From NCBI GenBank assembly GCA_964483885.1, contig CAZADO010000143.1, forward strand, positions 1 through 32,068: 32,068 nt of DNA, given 5' to 3'. The number at the start of each line of letters is the position of its first letter. Positions within the stretch are counted from its first letter, which is position 1. The DNA comes from an uncultured Alphaproteobacteria bacterium (GTDB lineage Bacteria > Electryoneota > RPQS01 > DYHQ01). The notes under the pieces are model-generated. The model did not search any database, was not told the origin of the DNA, and saw only the letters and a list, made by a program, of their open reading frames with translations. Below, piece after piece: positions 1 to 9,004 of the stretch. The position numbers and the translations under genes are program-made.

Positions 1-821
1 AGATTTTCTTTCCGCCGGATATTGAAACGTATGATCCGAAAGTGACGGATAATATTCATCGGAAAGACGACCGTGTACGTGGTTCGAAGGCGTTCGAATA
101 TCTGCTGATTCCACGAGCACCGGGTGTGCAGAGGATTCCACCGATTTCGTACTCCTATTTCAATCCGAAAACGAAAGCTTACAGCCGACTTTCAACATCG
201 GAGCTTGTGTTGAATGTGACGAAAGGCATCGAACGGGATAATGGCGGTATTGGATTCCCGATTGCGACAAAACGCGGTGTTGAACAGATTGGGGAAGATA
301 TCGCCTATGTAAAAGTCAAATCCGATGGCTTTAGGAAGCGCGGCAGCGCTCCCTATAACGACCTCGCCTTCTGGTTTGCGCTCGCAGTGCCGTGGGCGGC
401 GGTGGTTGCGGTTTATACTGAGAGAAGGCGACGGGATAAATTAGGTGAAATGTCGCTGCGAAATCTGCGAGCATTCAGGCAAGCGCGCAAGGGATTTACA
501 CAAGCGAAACGCCTAACCGAACCGGGCAAAGAAGAGGCATTTTATGCGGCTGTGGCGCACACGCTGCGAACCTACCTTGCCGCACGGTTGCACCGAACAG
601 GAAACGATATCTCTATCGTTGAATTGGAAGAAAGCTGGAATGAGAACGAATGGCCTGATGAGATTTTAGACGACGTGCGACGCATTTTGGGTGAATGCGA
701 TTTTACGCGCTTCGCGTCCGGCACACTTCCCGCTGGTCGTCAGGATAAAATCGTATTTGAGGCCGAGAAAATTGTTGAAAGCATTGAGCAATTGATAACA
801 TCAAAGGGGAGGAAAGGGTGA
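1..821 (+). CDS. batD: BatD-like aerotolerance-operon protein, C-terminal part (5' end is outside the window)
   Basis: The frame is open from base 3 with no upstream stop, so the M listed at 42 is not the true start. There is a C-terminal TM helix (LAFWFALAVPWAAVVAVY), then a basic RRRRDK stretch and a cytoplasmic tail. It overlaps by 4 nt a TPR+SH3 (BatE-like) gene, which is the canonical batD-batE order. The family call is from remembered architecture, not a search. Confidence 0.55.
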   Translation, partial: IFFPPDIETYDPKVTDNIHRKDDRVRGSKAFEYLLIPRAPGVQRIPPISYSYFNPKTKAYSRLSTSELVLNVTKGIERDNGGIGFPIATKRGVEQIGEDIAYVKVKSDGFRKRGSAPYNDLAFWFALAVPWAAVVAVYTERRRRDKLGEMSLRNLRAFRQARKGFTQAKRLTEPGKEEAFYAAVAHTLRTYLAARLHRTGNDISIVELEESWNENEWPDEILDDVRRILGECDFTRFASGTLPAGRQDKIVFEAEKIVESIEQLITSKGRKG

Positions 822-1549
822 ATCGATTGCTTTTAGTTTTAATTGTTTTTTGCAGTGCAGCATTTGCGACTCCTCAGTCTTTCTTCGAAGAAGGAGTAGA
901 TGCTTTTCGGCAAGGGAATCTCGAAGAAGCGGTGCAATCGTGGGAGTCGGCCTTAGAGCAAGGCTACGAAAGCGGAGCGCTTTATTATAATCTCGGCAAC
1001 GCGCATTTTCGATTGGGCAACACGGCAGAAGCGATTCTTTTCTATGAACGAGCAGCGCGTTTGCTCCCACGTGATAAGGATGTCACTGTCAATTTATCGT
1101 TGGCTCGCTTAGCGGTCGTGGACCGCGTCAACGCTCCGGTAAGGTTGGGGATATGGGATGCGGTGGATGCTCTGCGAGATTTCTTCTCTTTATATGAACT
1201 GCGACTTTTATTTATTTGGCTGGGTGTTATTTCCGCGCTTTTCGTGATTGCCCGGATTCTTTTTTTCAGACGTTTGCATCGGCTTGTTCCGTTTGTGGTC
1301 ATTGCTTTCTGGCTATTGAGCGGAGCTATCTTCGTGTGGCGCGCGGTGTTGGATGCACAGCCTTACGCAATTATCATGGCGGATAAAGTCGATGCGAAAA
1401 GCGCTCCTGATGAAGATTCCAAAGATGTCTTTGCTCTTCATGAAGGATTGAAAGTCTGTATCAAAGCGAATTTGGCGGGATGGTACAATATTGAATTAGC
1501 GGACGGTCGCCAAGGGTGGATTCCCGTGGCGGAAGCGGAGCAGATATAG
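818..1549 (+). CDS. batE: BatE-like protein with TPR repeats, two TM helices and a C-terminal SH3b domain
   Basis: N-terminal signal/TM segment. TPR-like repeats (GNLEEAVQSWESALEQGYESGALYYNLGNAHFRLGNTAEAILFYERAARLLP). Hydrophobic helices in the middle. C-terminal SH3-like segment (GWYNIELADGRQGWIPVAEAE). GTGA-type 4-nt overlap with the upstream gene. Confidence 0.55.
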   Translation: MNRLLLVLIVFCSAAFATPQSFFEEGVDAFRQGNLEEAVQSWESALEQGYESGALYYNLGNAHFRLGNTAEAILFYERAARLLPRDKDVTVNLSLARLAVVDRVNAPVRLGIWDAVDALRDFFSLYELRLLFIWLGVISALFVIARILFFRRLHRLVPFVVIAFWLLSGAIFVWRAVLDAQPYAIIMADKVDAKSAPDEDSKDVFALHEGLKVCIKANLAGWYNIELADGRQGWIPVAEAEQI

Positions 1550-1582
1550 AATTGGAATGCAGGAGCGTAACCTGCGTTAGTT

Positions 1583-2047
1583 GTGGAGCAACCTATGCGT
1601 ATTGTTTTTCCTTTGTTATTAGCGCTTCTCGTTCTTATCGCTATAGGATGCGTTCGACCGGTGAAAGGACTTCACGAAGAACCGGCGACTCCGGCGGCAG
1701 TAGATACGACTCAGGCAAGCGCCGAGCCATTTGATCCGGTGACGCTCGGCGGCGATGTGTTCGAAGAGGAGTTGCTGGAGAAAGAATCACCTGAAACCGA
1801 GAGCATCTTTGGCTACCGGGTGCAGCTTGGAGCTTTTGGCGACGAAGCTAATGCTCGAACGCTTCAGGTTTTGGCGGAAGCCGAATTCGATAAGCCGGTT
1901 TATGTTATCTTTGAGGAACCTTTTTGGTGTGTCCGATTGGGGGATTTCCGGGAGATGTCCGAAGCGGAAGCGATGAAAAAAGCGGCGATTTCCAAAGGCT
2001 TTACGGATGCGAGAATCGTTGAAGATAAAATTAAGGCGGCTGATTAG
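1583..2047 (+). CDS. SPOR domain-containing lipoprotein
   Basis: Signal peptide with lipobox-like LIAIGC. C-terminal SPOR pattern (GYRVQLGAFGDEANARTLQVLAEAEF...WCVRLGDFREMSEAEAMKKAA). Confidence 0.7.
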   Translation: MEQPMRIVFPLLLALLVLIAIGCVRPVKGLHEEPATPAAVDTTQASAEPFDPVTLGGDVFEEELLEKESPETESIFGYRVQLGAFGDEANARTLQVLAEAEFDKPVYVIFEEPFWCVRLGDFREMSEAEAMKKAAISKGFTDARIVEDKIKAAD

Positions 2048-2139
2048 CCATTTCCGAGAATTTCTCTGTGCGGAAAGTCTTGTAAATTGAAAGCTCTGCT
2101 TGACATTTCGCGCGATAATGCGTAACTTTTAAAGATTTT

Positions 2140-3189
2140 ATGAAAGCTCCGACCCAACCGGGCCCTCTGGTCAGCGTTATAATTCTGAATTACAATGGAT
2201 TAGCTTTCCTGCCTCGATGCTTTGAGACTCTCTTCGCCAGCACTTATCGACCCCTTGAAATCATCGTAGTAGATAATGCATCGAAAGATGGCAGTTTAGA
2301 TTACATCCGCCAGAATTATCCTGAAGTTAAACTTCTTACTTTCGACCAGAATTTTGGATACAGTGGTGCTTATAATCGCGCTGTCCAATTGGCTGCGGGA
2401 GAGATTCTGGTTTTGCTTAATTTTGATGTTGAAGTAGAACCGGATTGGCTGAATCAACCCGTAGAGCTCTTTTTACAGGATGAGCGGCTGGGTGCTTGTC
2501 AGCCAAAGTTATTGAGTCTGAGAAAGCGAACGCATTTCGAGTACGCCGGAGCATCCGGCGGGTTTATGGATTGTTATGGTTATCCGTTTACCCGCGGCCG
2601 TGTTTTTGATGTTTTAGAAGAAGACACCGGCCAATACGATGATGTACAATCGTGCTTCTGGGCAACGGGAGCGGCGCTTTTCGTTCGCAAATCCGTTTAT
2701 CAAGATGTCGGGGGACTTGACGATACCTTCTTTCTGCACATGGAAGAGATCGATTTTTGCTGGAGACTGCACCTGTGCGGATGGAAGGTACTTGCTGCAC
2801 CACAGAGTGTAATTTATCATTACGCGGGGGCAGCTCTTTCGGCTGAACGCTACCTGAAAATCTACTACAATCAGCGCAATAGCCTGATGATGCTTATTAA
2901 AAACTACAGCCTCAGGCGACTGATTCCTGCCTTTGCAGGTCGTTTTCTTTTAGATATTGTAACATTGTTCAGTTCCCCTTTGCGTCGGGAACCTAAACGG
3001 TCAGTGGCGGTCATCGCCGCCTATTTATGGATATTATCCCATCTATGGCTTCTTCTCAAAAAAAGACGGCGGGTTCAACGTCAAAGGTCCATTCCGGATC
3101 AACAGGCGCTCAAGGAAATCCTGCCCAAGAGTCTCGTAATCGCCTACTTTCTCAGGAAAAAGCGCACGTTCCGGGAGTTGGTTCCGTAG
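2140..3189 (+). CDS. Family 2 glycosyltransferase (rhamnosyltransferase-like) with C-terminal membrane anchor
   Basis: GT2 N-terminal motifs VSVIILNYNG and IVVDNASKDGS. DxD-like region LNFDVE. Motif TGAALFVRKSVYQDVGGLDDTFFLHMEEIDFCWR. Hydrophobic C-terminal segment followed by KKRRR. Confidence 0.8.
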   Translation: MKAPTQPGPLVSVIILNYNGLAFLPRCFETLFASTYRPLEIIVVDNASKDGSLDYIRQNYPEVKLLTFDQNFGYSGAYNRAVQLAAGEILVLLNFDVEVEPDWLNQPVELFLQDERLGACQPKLLSLRKRTHFEYAGASGGFMDCYGYPFTRGRVFDVLEEDTGQYDDVQSCFWATGAALFVRKSVYQDVGGLDDTFFLHMEEIDFCWRLHLCGWKVLAAPQSVIYHYAGAALSAERYLKIYYNQRNSLMMLIKNYSLRRLIPAFAGRFLLDIVTLFSSPLRREPKRSVAVIAAYLWILSHLWLLLKKRRRVQRQRSIPDQQALKEILPKSLVIAYFLRKKRTFRELVP

Positions 3190-3197
3190 TCAATCCG

Positions 3198-6050
3198 TTG
3201 GCTCATCGTATATCTGCCATTTTCGTTTTGCTGACGTCTTTGGTCGTTTATCTGCTCACGATGGCCAAATCCGTTTCGTTTTGGGATTGCGGCGAATTTG
3301 CGGCGTGCTCGTATACGCTCAGTGTTCCTCATCCGCCGGGTTCACCGCTGTATTTACTGGTTGGGCGTATTTTTTCTCTGCTCCCCATTTCTTCCGACAT
3401 TGCGCTTCGTGTGACACTCATGTCGGCGATAGTGAGCGCTCTAAGCATCTTCTTCCTTTATCTCAGCATTGTCATGATTATTCGGCACTGGCGTGGACCT
3501 GAGCAGTCTGTTAGTGATCAGATTATTGTATATGGAAGTGGAATTGTCGGTGCGCTGGCACTTGCTTTCTCCTACAGCATGTGGTTTAATGCTGTGGAAT
3601 CCGAAGTTTATGCAGTTGCTCAATTCTTTACACACATTGTCGTATGGCTGATTTTAGTATGGAGTAATCGAGCCGATGAGCCGGGCAGTGAGCGGTTTCT
3701 CATTGTTATCGCATACATTCTCGGTCTGGCGACGGGAGTACACCTGCTGAATGTTTTGACGATTCCTGCGCTGGCGTTGATCATTTATTTCCGGAAGCGT
3801 GAATTTGCCTGGAAGAGCTTCATCTGGATGAGCATCGCAGCGGCCATCTCATTCATTGCGATTTATCCGGGTGTTGTCAAGTGGTTGCCTGGTTCAGTGG
3901 CGAAATTCGGATTCTCGGCGCCAATATTGATCGTTATTATCTTGTTCTTGTTGTTTGTCTGGGCGGCTCGAGTCAAAGCGCATATTCCCGCGCTCGCGTT
4001 GGTCAGTATGCTGCTGATTATTATCGGTTATTCGACGTATGTGATGATTTACATCCGGTCGAATATGGATCCGCCGATTGATGAGAATGATCCGGAGACT
4101 CCAGCGGCTTTCCTCTCGTACCTGAACCGGGAGCAGTACGGAGAACATTCGATTATCGATCGCGCTTGGAATAATGATTCCAAATATAGTTCCGAAGCGG
4201 ATTTTTTCTGGCGGTATCAAATCAATAAAATGTACAACCGCTATTTGCTCTGGCAATTCGTTGGTCGGGAAGGGGCGCCAGAGCGGGAGTTTCAGGATGC
4301 GGGTGTGCAGAACAGCTACATTTTAGCACTGCCGTTTTTATTGGGATTGCTGGGAATCGGTTATTTATTCTATCGAGACAAACGGATGGGGCTGGCGATA
4401 CTTGCGCTGTTTTTCATGACGGGGTATGCTATTATCTTGTATGTCAATCAGGATGACCCGCAACCTCGCGAGAGGGACTACTCGTATGTCGGGTCATTCT
4501 ACGTCTTCGCGATTTGGATAGGAATTGGAGCGACCGCTCTCTTTGATGCCATTGCGTCGTTTTTCAAACGTCCTCAAGCGCGCAATGTTGCGCTGACAGG
4601 TTTAGGCGTATTTATGTTCGCCTTCGCTCCACTGATGATGCTGATGGATAATTATCCTATGCAGAATCGAAGCGGGAATTATGTAGCGTGGGACTATTCG
4701 TACAATATGCTGCAATCCTGCGAACCCTACGGATTACTTTTTACCAATGGTGACAACGATACATTTCCCCTGTGGTATATACAGGAGGTGGAAAAAGTTC
4801 GCAAAGACGTTCGTGTTGTGAATCTCAGTCTTCTGAATACGGGCTGGTATATCAAGCAGCTTCGGGATAGGGAGCCGAAAGTTCCCATCAGCTTCAGTGA
4901 TGCCTTTATCGACCGCTATATTGATCAGCGAGATGCTCAGGCGCTTCTATCGCGTTACTGGCCGAAGGAGAAGCAGAAGATTGAACTGGATACTCCGCAA
5001 GGCAAAATGGTTTGGACGATGCCGGCAACCCTGTATGTACCGTATCGTTCGGAGAGCCGGGATAAAAATTTCCTGCGTGTGCAGGATGCCATGGTGCTGG
5101 ATATTATTCGCACCAATTATAATCCGAAGCACACGTCGAATCCGAGACCGATTTATTTCGCGGTCACGGTAGCCACGTCGAATTTATGCGGCTTGCGCAA
5201 TTACCTGCAGATGGAAGGTCTGGGTTTCCGTCTGAATCCCGCTTCCAGAGGAAATCCGATTAATCCCGAACTCATGTTCCATAACATTATGGAAGTGTAT
5301 CGCGATCATTATCGCGGTTTAAATGAACCGGGAGTTCATTTTGATGATAATGTTCAGAAACTCCTTCAGAATTACCGTTCCGCGTTTCTGCAGCTCGCGT
5401 ACTACTATATCAATCTCCCGCCGGATACGAGTCAGGCGACCCTGAGGTATGTTCCGGGGGAAGTTCAAGCGGACGATTTCGATAAACTGTCCAATGATGA
5501 TAAAGCTCTTTTCCTGTTGGATCAGATGGCCTATTATATCCCCGAGGAATTGAATCCGATTTTCAATCCCGATTTGACTCTGCAACTTGGAAGAATGTAT
5601 TATGAATTGGGCCGGGAAGAAGAACTTCGAACGAGGTTAGACCGAGTGGCGGTGTATCCGGACGCCACGATTGAGAATTTAGGGCGTTATGCGGCGATTT
5701 ATTATCAGCTTTTCAGGGATTCCACAAAGGTGCAAGAGATGGTTGACCGGATTCTGGATTCGAAAGATCCGGCGGCAGTCTATCAAGCGGCAACGACGGT
5801 TTACAGTGTTCGAGCTTACGACGCGGCGACACGGCTTTTTGAACAATCTTTGGCATGGAACCCGGAAGACGGTCAAACAATCGGCGCGCTCTCACAGTGT
5901 TATGAACATTTGCGTCGCTACGGAGATGCGATTCAGATGATTGACGGATGGATTAAACTCCATCCCACGGATACGGGCGCCAAAACTCGATTAGAACATT
6001 TTCGAAAACTACAGGCAACAGCTTCAAGTGATTCGGAGGCTCAAGGATGA
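3198..6050 (+). CDS. DUF2723 (TMEM260-like, GT-C fold) membrane glycosyltransferase with C-terminal TPR-like domain
   Basis: First-loop motif SFWDCGEFAACSYTLSVPHPPGSPLY is typical of DUF2723. At least 10 hydrophobic helices, a large soluble region, and helical TPR-like repeats at the C-terminus. The start is uncertain. The ORF is open from 3027 (ATG), but that would overlap the upstream GT2 gene by 163 nt. TTG at 3198 is the first start-like codon after the GT2 stop that still retains TM1. Confidence 0.75.
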   Translation: MAHRISAIFVLLTSLVVYLLTMAKSVSFWDCGEFAACSYTLSVPHPPGSPLYLLVGRIFSLLPISSDIALRVTLMSAIVSALSIFFLYLSIVMIIRHWRGPEQSVSDQIIVYGSGIVGALALAFSYSMWFNAVESEVYAVAQFFTHIVVWLILVWSNRADEPGSERFLIVIAYILGLATGVHLLNVLTIPALALIIYFRKREFAWKSFIWMSIAAAISFIAIYPGVVKWLPGSVAKFGFSAPILIVIILFLLFVWAARVKAHIPALALVSMLLIIIGYSTYVMIYIRSNMDPPIDENDPETPAAFLSYLNREQYGEHSIIDRAWNNDSKYSSEADFFWRYQINKMYNRYLLWQFVGREGAPEREFQDAGVQNSYILALPFLLGLLGIGYLFYRDKRMGLAILALFFMTGYAIILYVNQDDPQPRERDYSYVGSFYVFAIWIGIGATALFDAIASFFKRPQARNVALTGLGVFMFAFAPLMMLMDNYPMQNRSGNYVAWDYSYNMLQSCEPYGLLFTNGDNDTFPLWYIQEVEKVRKDVRVVNLSLLNTGWYIKQLRDREPKVPISFSDAFIDRYIDQRDAQALLSRYWPKEKQKIELDTPQGKMVWTMPATLYVPYRSESRDKNFLRVQDAMVLDIIRTNYNPKHTSNPRPIYFAVTVATSNLCGLRNYLQMEGLGFRLNPASRGNPINPELMFHNIMEVYRDHYRGLNEPGVHFDDNVQKLLQNYRSAFLQLAYYYINLPPDTSQATLRYVPGEVQADDFDKLSNDDKALFLLDQMAYYIPEELNPIFNPDLTLQLGRMYYELGREEELRTRLDRVAVYPDATIENLGRYAAIYYQLFRDSTKVQEMVDRILDSKDPAAVYQAATTVYSVRAYDAATRLFEQSLAWNPEDGQTIGALSQCYEHLRRYGDAIQMIDGWIKLHPTDTGAKTRLEHFRKLQATASSDSEAQG

Positions 6051-6784
6051 AACGACTGATGATAGTGGGAGTCTTGACTCTCGTTGTACTACTTCTTTGC
6101 TCAAATTCCAATAAGGCGCAGGCGCAGGATGATATGCGCAAATATGGAATTGAATTTCGAGGAGGATTCTCTCAGTATCAAGTCTCGGATACCCGAGATG
6201 TTATCGACTACTATGAGAGCAGATCTGCTGCGGCTGTAACGCAGAATTATTCCGGGCCTTCCGGAGGTTTTTCACTGCTGTGGCGGCAGGAGAAACATTT
6301 TCAGTGGAATATCGGATATAATTCGCTGATGAATTTCGAGAGTGAAGCGGTGTGGAACGACACGACGCTCACATTATCATCTCGAGCGTCGGAATTCTTT
6401 GTGCTTGGCAATTTTGTTTTCCTGCCTACCAGCAACATACGCGCTTATTTCGGTGGAGGCGTGAATTTTCTGTCGGCTAAGCAGGATATTCGATGGGAAC
6501 CGGGAAATTCCATTTTTGACGGATCGGGTCGGACGTTTGGTTTGTTGGCGAATGGCGCGATTGAGTTGTTTCTGAACCGGCATGTTGGGCTCTGTCTTGG
6601 GGGAGGCTATCGACTGGCCAATGTGACGAAAATGAAAGATGTCGATTTCAGCGGGACAGTAACCAATCTCGCGCATCCACTGGTCAATCGAGCTTGGGAA
6701 GCGGATTTCAGCGGCCCCTATGCTGCGGCGGGATTGCGGATTTATTTCGATCCTCTCACGAAGCCCATTGACTTCACCGACTAA
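6047..6784 (+). CDS. Putative outer-membrane beta-barrel protein (secreted)
   Basis: Signal peptide MKRLMIVGVLTLVVLLLCSNSNKAQA. Alternating hydrophobic/aromatic strand pattern and Gly-rich turns (YFGGGVNFLSA, GLCLGGGYRLA, YAAAGLRIYF). ATGA start/stop overlap with the DUF2723 gene. Confidence 0.45.
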   Translation: MKRLMIVGVLTLVVLLLCSNSNKAQAQDDMRKYGIEFRGGFSQYQVSDTRDVIDYYESRSAAAVTQNYSGPSGGFSLLWRQEKHFQWNIGYNSLMNFESEAVWNDTTLTLSSRASEFFVLGNFVFLPTSNIRAYFGGGVNFLSAKQDIRWEPGNSIFDGSGRTFGLLANGAIELFLNRHVGLCLGGGYRLANVTKMKDVDFSGTVTNLAHPLVNRAWEADFSGPYAAAGLRIYFDPLTKPIDFTD

Positions 6785-6818
6785 GCTGCGAAAGCCGAAT
6801 GTTCCGGTGTCTTCGCCG

Positions 6819-6856
6819 ACCATCTCACGCTTGTAACGAGCGTGCGATGGTTTTTG
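6819..6856 (+). terminator. Rho-independent terminator after the beta-barrel gene
   Basis: Stem accatctcacgc / gcgtgcgatggt (12 bp, one mismatch), 9-nt loop, then a ttttt tract. Confidence 0.6.
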
Positions 6857-6900
6857 CTTAAAGGATTTACCTGCAGAAAAACAAGCTTGAGAAATGCTGA

Positions 6901-7377
6901 ATGAGTGCTGACGCCTCTAAAACGCAAGTCTTCATTTTTATCGGTTCGACTTCAGACCGGGATTATTTTTCCGAGATAGACGCGTATATGACCTATTTCG
7001 GACTTCGCTATAAGCTGGAGGTTTGTTCAGCTCACCGGAATCCTGAGAAGTTGCGCGCTCTCTTGGCAGAAGCGGCGAAACAGGGAGCGGACGTCATCAT
7101 TGCCGCAGCCGGAATGGCGGCGCATCTGGCAGGCGCGTGTGCGGCGCAGACAATACTGCCCGTCATCGGTGTGCCTTTGCCGGGATCGTCTTTGAATGGA
7201 TTTGATGCGCTGCTCTCAACGGTGCAGATGCCTGCGGGAGTGCCGGTGGCGACCGTGGCTCTGGGGAAGGCGGGCGCAGTGAATGCGGTTGTTTTGGCGG
7301 CACAGATTATCGCGAGGAAATCGAACGAGACCGCGGAGAAGCTGCAAGAGTTTAAACAGAAAGGATGTCGGCTGTGA
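6901..7377 (+). CDS. purE: 5-(carboxyamino)imidazole ribonucleotide mutase (PurE)
   Basis: Length of 158 aa and PurE signatures [42 protein letters not shown] and [15 protein letters not shown]. Confidence 0.9.
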   Translation: MSADASKTQVFIFIGSTSDRDYFSEIDAYMTYFGLRYKLEVCSAHRNPEKLRALLAEAAKQGADVIIAAAGMAAHLAGACAAQTILPVIGVPLPGSSLNGFDALLSTVQMPAGVPVATVALGKAGAVNAVVLAAQIIARKSNETAEKLQEFKQKGCRL

Positions 7378-8087
7378 GAGGGCTTGTAATCATTCCCACC
7401 TATAATGAGATGGTGAATATCAGTCTCATCTTGGATGCGGTCTTCGATCAGAATTTGGGTCTCGATATTTTGATTGTCGATGACAATTCACCGGACGGCA
7501 CGGCAGAATATGTTAAAAAGCGCCAAGCCAATGAGAGCCGTCTGAAACTCCTCGAACGACCGGGAAAAATGGGATTGGGAACCGCGTATGTCGCCGGTTT
7601 TAAATATGCGATTGCCGAGGGATATGATTTTGTTTTTGAGATGGATGCCGATTTCTCGCATGACCCGCTTGATTTGGGGCGTTTGATGAAGAAAATCGGT
7701 GAGTTTGATTTTGTCATCGGCTCGCGTTATATCCATGGCATTTCAGTCATCAACTGGCCGCTTAAGAGGTTGATGCTTTCCTGTTTCGCCGCGTGGTACA
7801 CGCGCATGATTACGGGGATGCCGATAAAAGATCCAACCGGGGGATTCAAATGCTGGAGTATCGACGTCCTCAAGGCGATCAATCTCGATAAGGTAAAATC
7901 CGGCGGCTACTCGTTTCAGATTGAAATGAATTTTAAGGCTTGGAAGAAAGGTTTCAGATACTGCGAAATCCCGATTATTTTCGTTGAGCGGAGAGAAGGA
8001 ACCTCCAAGATGTCCAAGAACATCGTGTATGAAGCGATTTTCATGGTCTGGAAACTGCGTTTCAGAAGCATATTAGGCAGGATTTAA
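7365..8087 (+). CDS. Polyprenol-phosphate mannose synthase (DPM1/Ppm1-like GT2)
   Basis: Motifs [42 protein letters not shown] and GGFKCW. The start may instead be GTG at 7374, which gives a GTGA overlap with the purE stop and better spacing from aaagga. Confidence 0.8.
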   Translation: MSAVRGLVIIPTYNEMVNISLILDAVFDQNLGLDILIVDDNSPDGTAEYVKKRQANESRLKLLERPGKMGLGTAYVAGFKYAIAEGYDFVFEMDADFSHDPLDLGRLMKKIGEFDFVIGSRYIHGISVINWPLKRLMLSCFAAWYTRMITGMPIKDPTGGFKCWSIDVLKAINLDKVKSGGYSFQIEMNFKAWKKGFRYCEIPIIFVERREGTSKMSKNIVYEAIFMVWKLRFRSILGRI

Positions 8088-8971
8088 TGGCAGATCGCGG
8101 ATGTGTCGCCGTGATTATTGTGAACTACAATGTGCGCGATCTTCTCGATCGCGCTCTGCGTTCACTCCATGAGACCGCGGGGACTTTGATTAATGAAATC
8201 TGGGTCGTGGATAATGCTTCGACAGATGACACGGCGGACTTTCTCGCACAGCGTTGGCCGAATGTGAATCTTGTCGTTAATAAAGAAAATCGTGGATACA
8301 GTCAAGCGAATAATCAAGGTATCAAGAAATCTCAAAGCGACTATATTTTAGTTCTCAATCCGGATACGGAGGTTCAGCGGGGAGCCCTGCAGGAACTTGT
8401 CGAATTTATGGACAGCCGTCCACAAGCGGGAGTCTGCGGACCGAAGATTATCAGTCCTCAGGGATATTTCCGTCCGGAATGCCGGCGCGGTTTTCCGACA
8501 CCTCTCGCGGCATTCAGCCGGCTTTTCGGATTGGCAACGCTTTTTCCGCGAAGTCGTGTCTTTGGCAAGTATCATTTGACCTATCTGGAACCGGATTACG
8601 AAGCACAGGTGGATGCGCTGAGCGGCGCTTGCATGATGGTGCGACGGAAAGCCACTGAAAACGTAGGCTATTTCGACGAAGATTATTTTCTCTATGGGGA
8701 AGATATTGACTGGTGCTGGCGTATGAAAAAAGCCGGATGGGAAGTCTGGTATATTCCGCGAGCCTCCATTATTCACATCAAAGGTGCCAGCATGCGCCGA
8801 AGTTCCGGGCGCTCGGATTGGTTTTTTTTCGACGCGATGAGAATATTTGTACGCAAGCATCTCCGGGATAAATATCCTCCGCCTCTTCTATGGCTGCTGG
8901 ATACGGGAATTCGCTTGCGATATTTTCTGGGTTATATCTTTCCGTGGCTTCGTAAAGCGGGACGTTCATAG
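8087..8971 (+). CDS. Family 2 glycosyltransferase
   Basis: Motifs VAVIIVNYNV, VVDNASTDDT, LNPDTE, SGACMMVRRKATENVGYFDEDYFLYGEDIDWCWR. TAATG junction with the upstream gene. Confidence 0.8.
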   Translation: MADRGCVAVIIVNYNVRDLLDRALRSLHETAGTLINEIWVVDNASTDDTADFLAQRWPNVNLVVNKENRGYSQANNQGIKKSQSDYILVLNPDTEVQRGALQELVEFMDSRPQAGVCGPKIISPQGYFRPECRRGFPTPLAAFSRLFGLATLFPRSRVFGKYHLTYLEPDYEAQVDALSGACMMVRRKATENVGYFDEDYFLYGEDIDWCWRMKKAGWEVWYIPRASIIHIKGASMRRSSGRSDWFFFDAMRIFVRKHLRDKYPPPLLWLLDTGIRLRYFLGYIFPWLRKAGRS

Positions 8972-9004
8972 GCGAAAAAGTTTTCTTCGCAAAAAGGTGC
9001 AATT

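Noticed and set aside
2100-2128. TTGACA-17-TAACTT promoter-like element upstream of the first GT2 gene.
   Set aside because: The -10 match is weak, and the predicted transcription start would leave almost no leader before the ATG at 2140. There is too little support to list it as a feature.
3027-3197. Possible 57-aa N-terminal extension of the DUF2723 protein starting at ATG 3027 (or 3045), overlapping the GT2 gene by 163 nt.
   Set aside because: The overlap is unusually long, and the extension is low-complexity (SSQKKTAGSTSKVHSGSTGAQGN) with no conserved feature. TTG 3198 keeps TM1 and avoids the overlap. The true start still cannot be decided from sequence alone.
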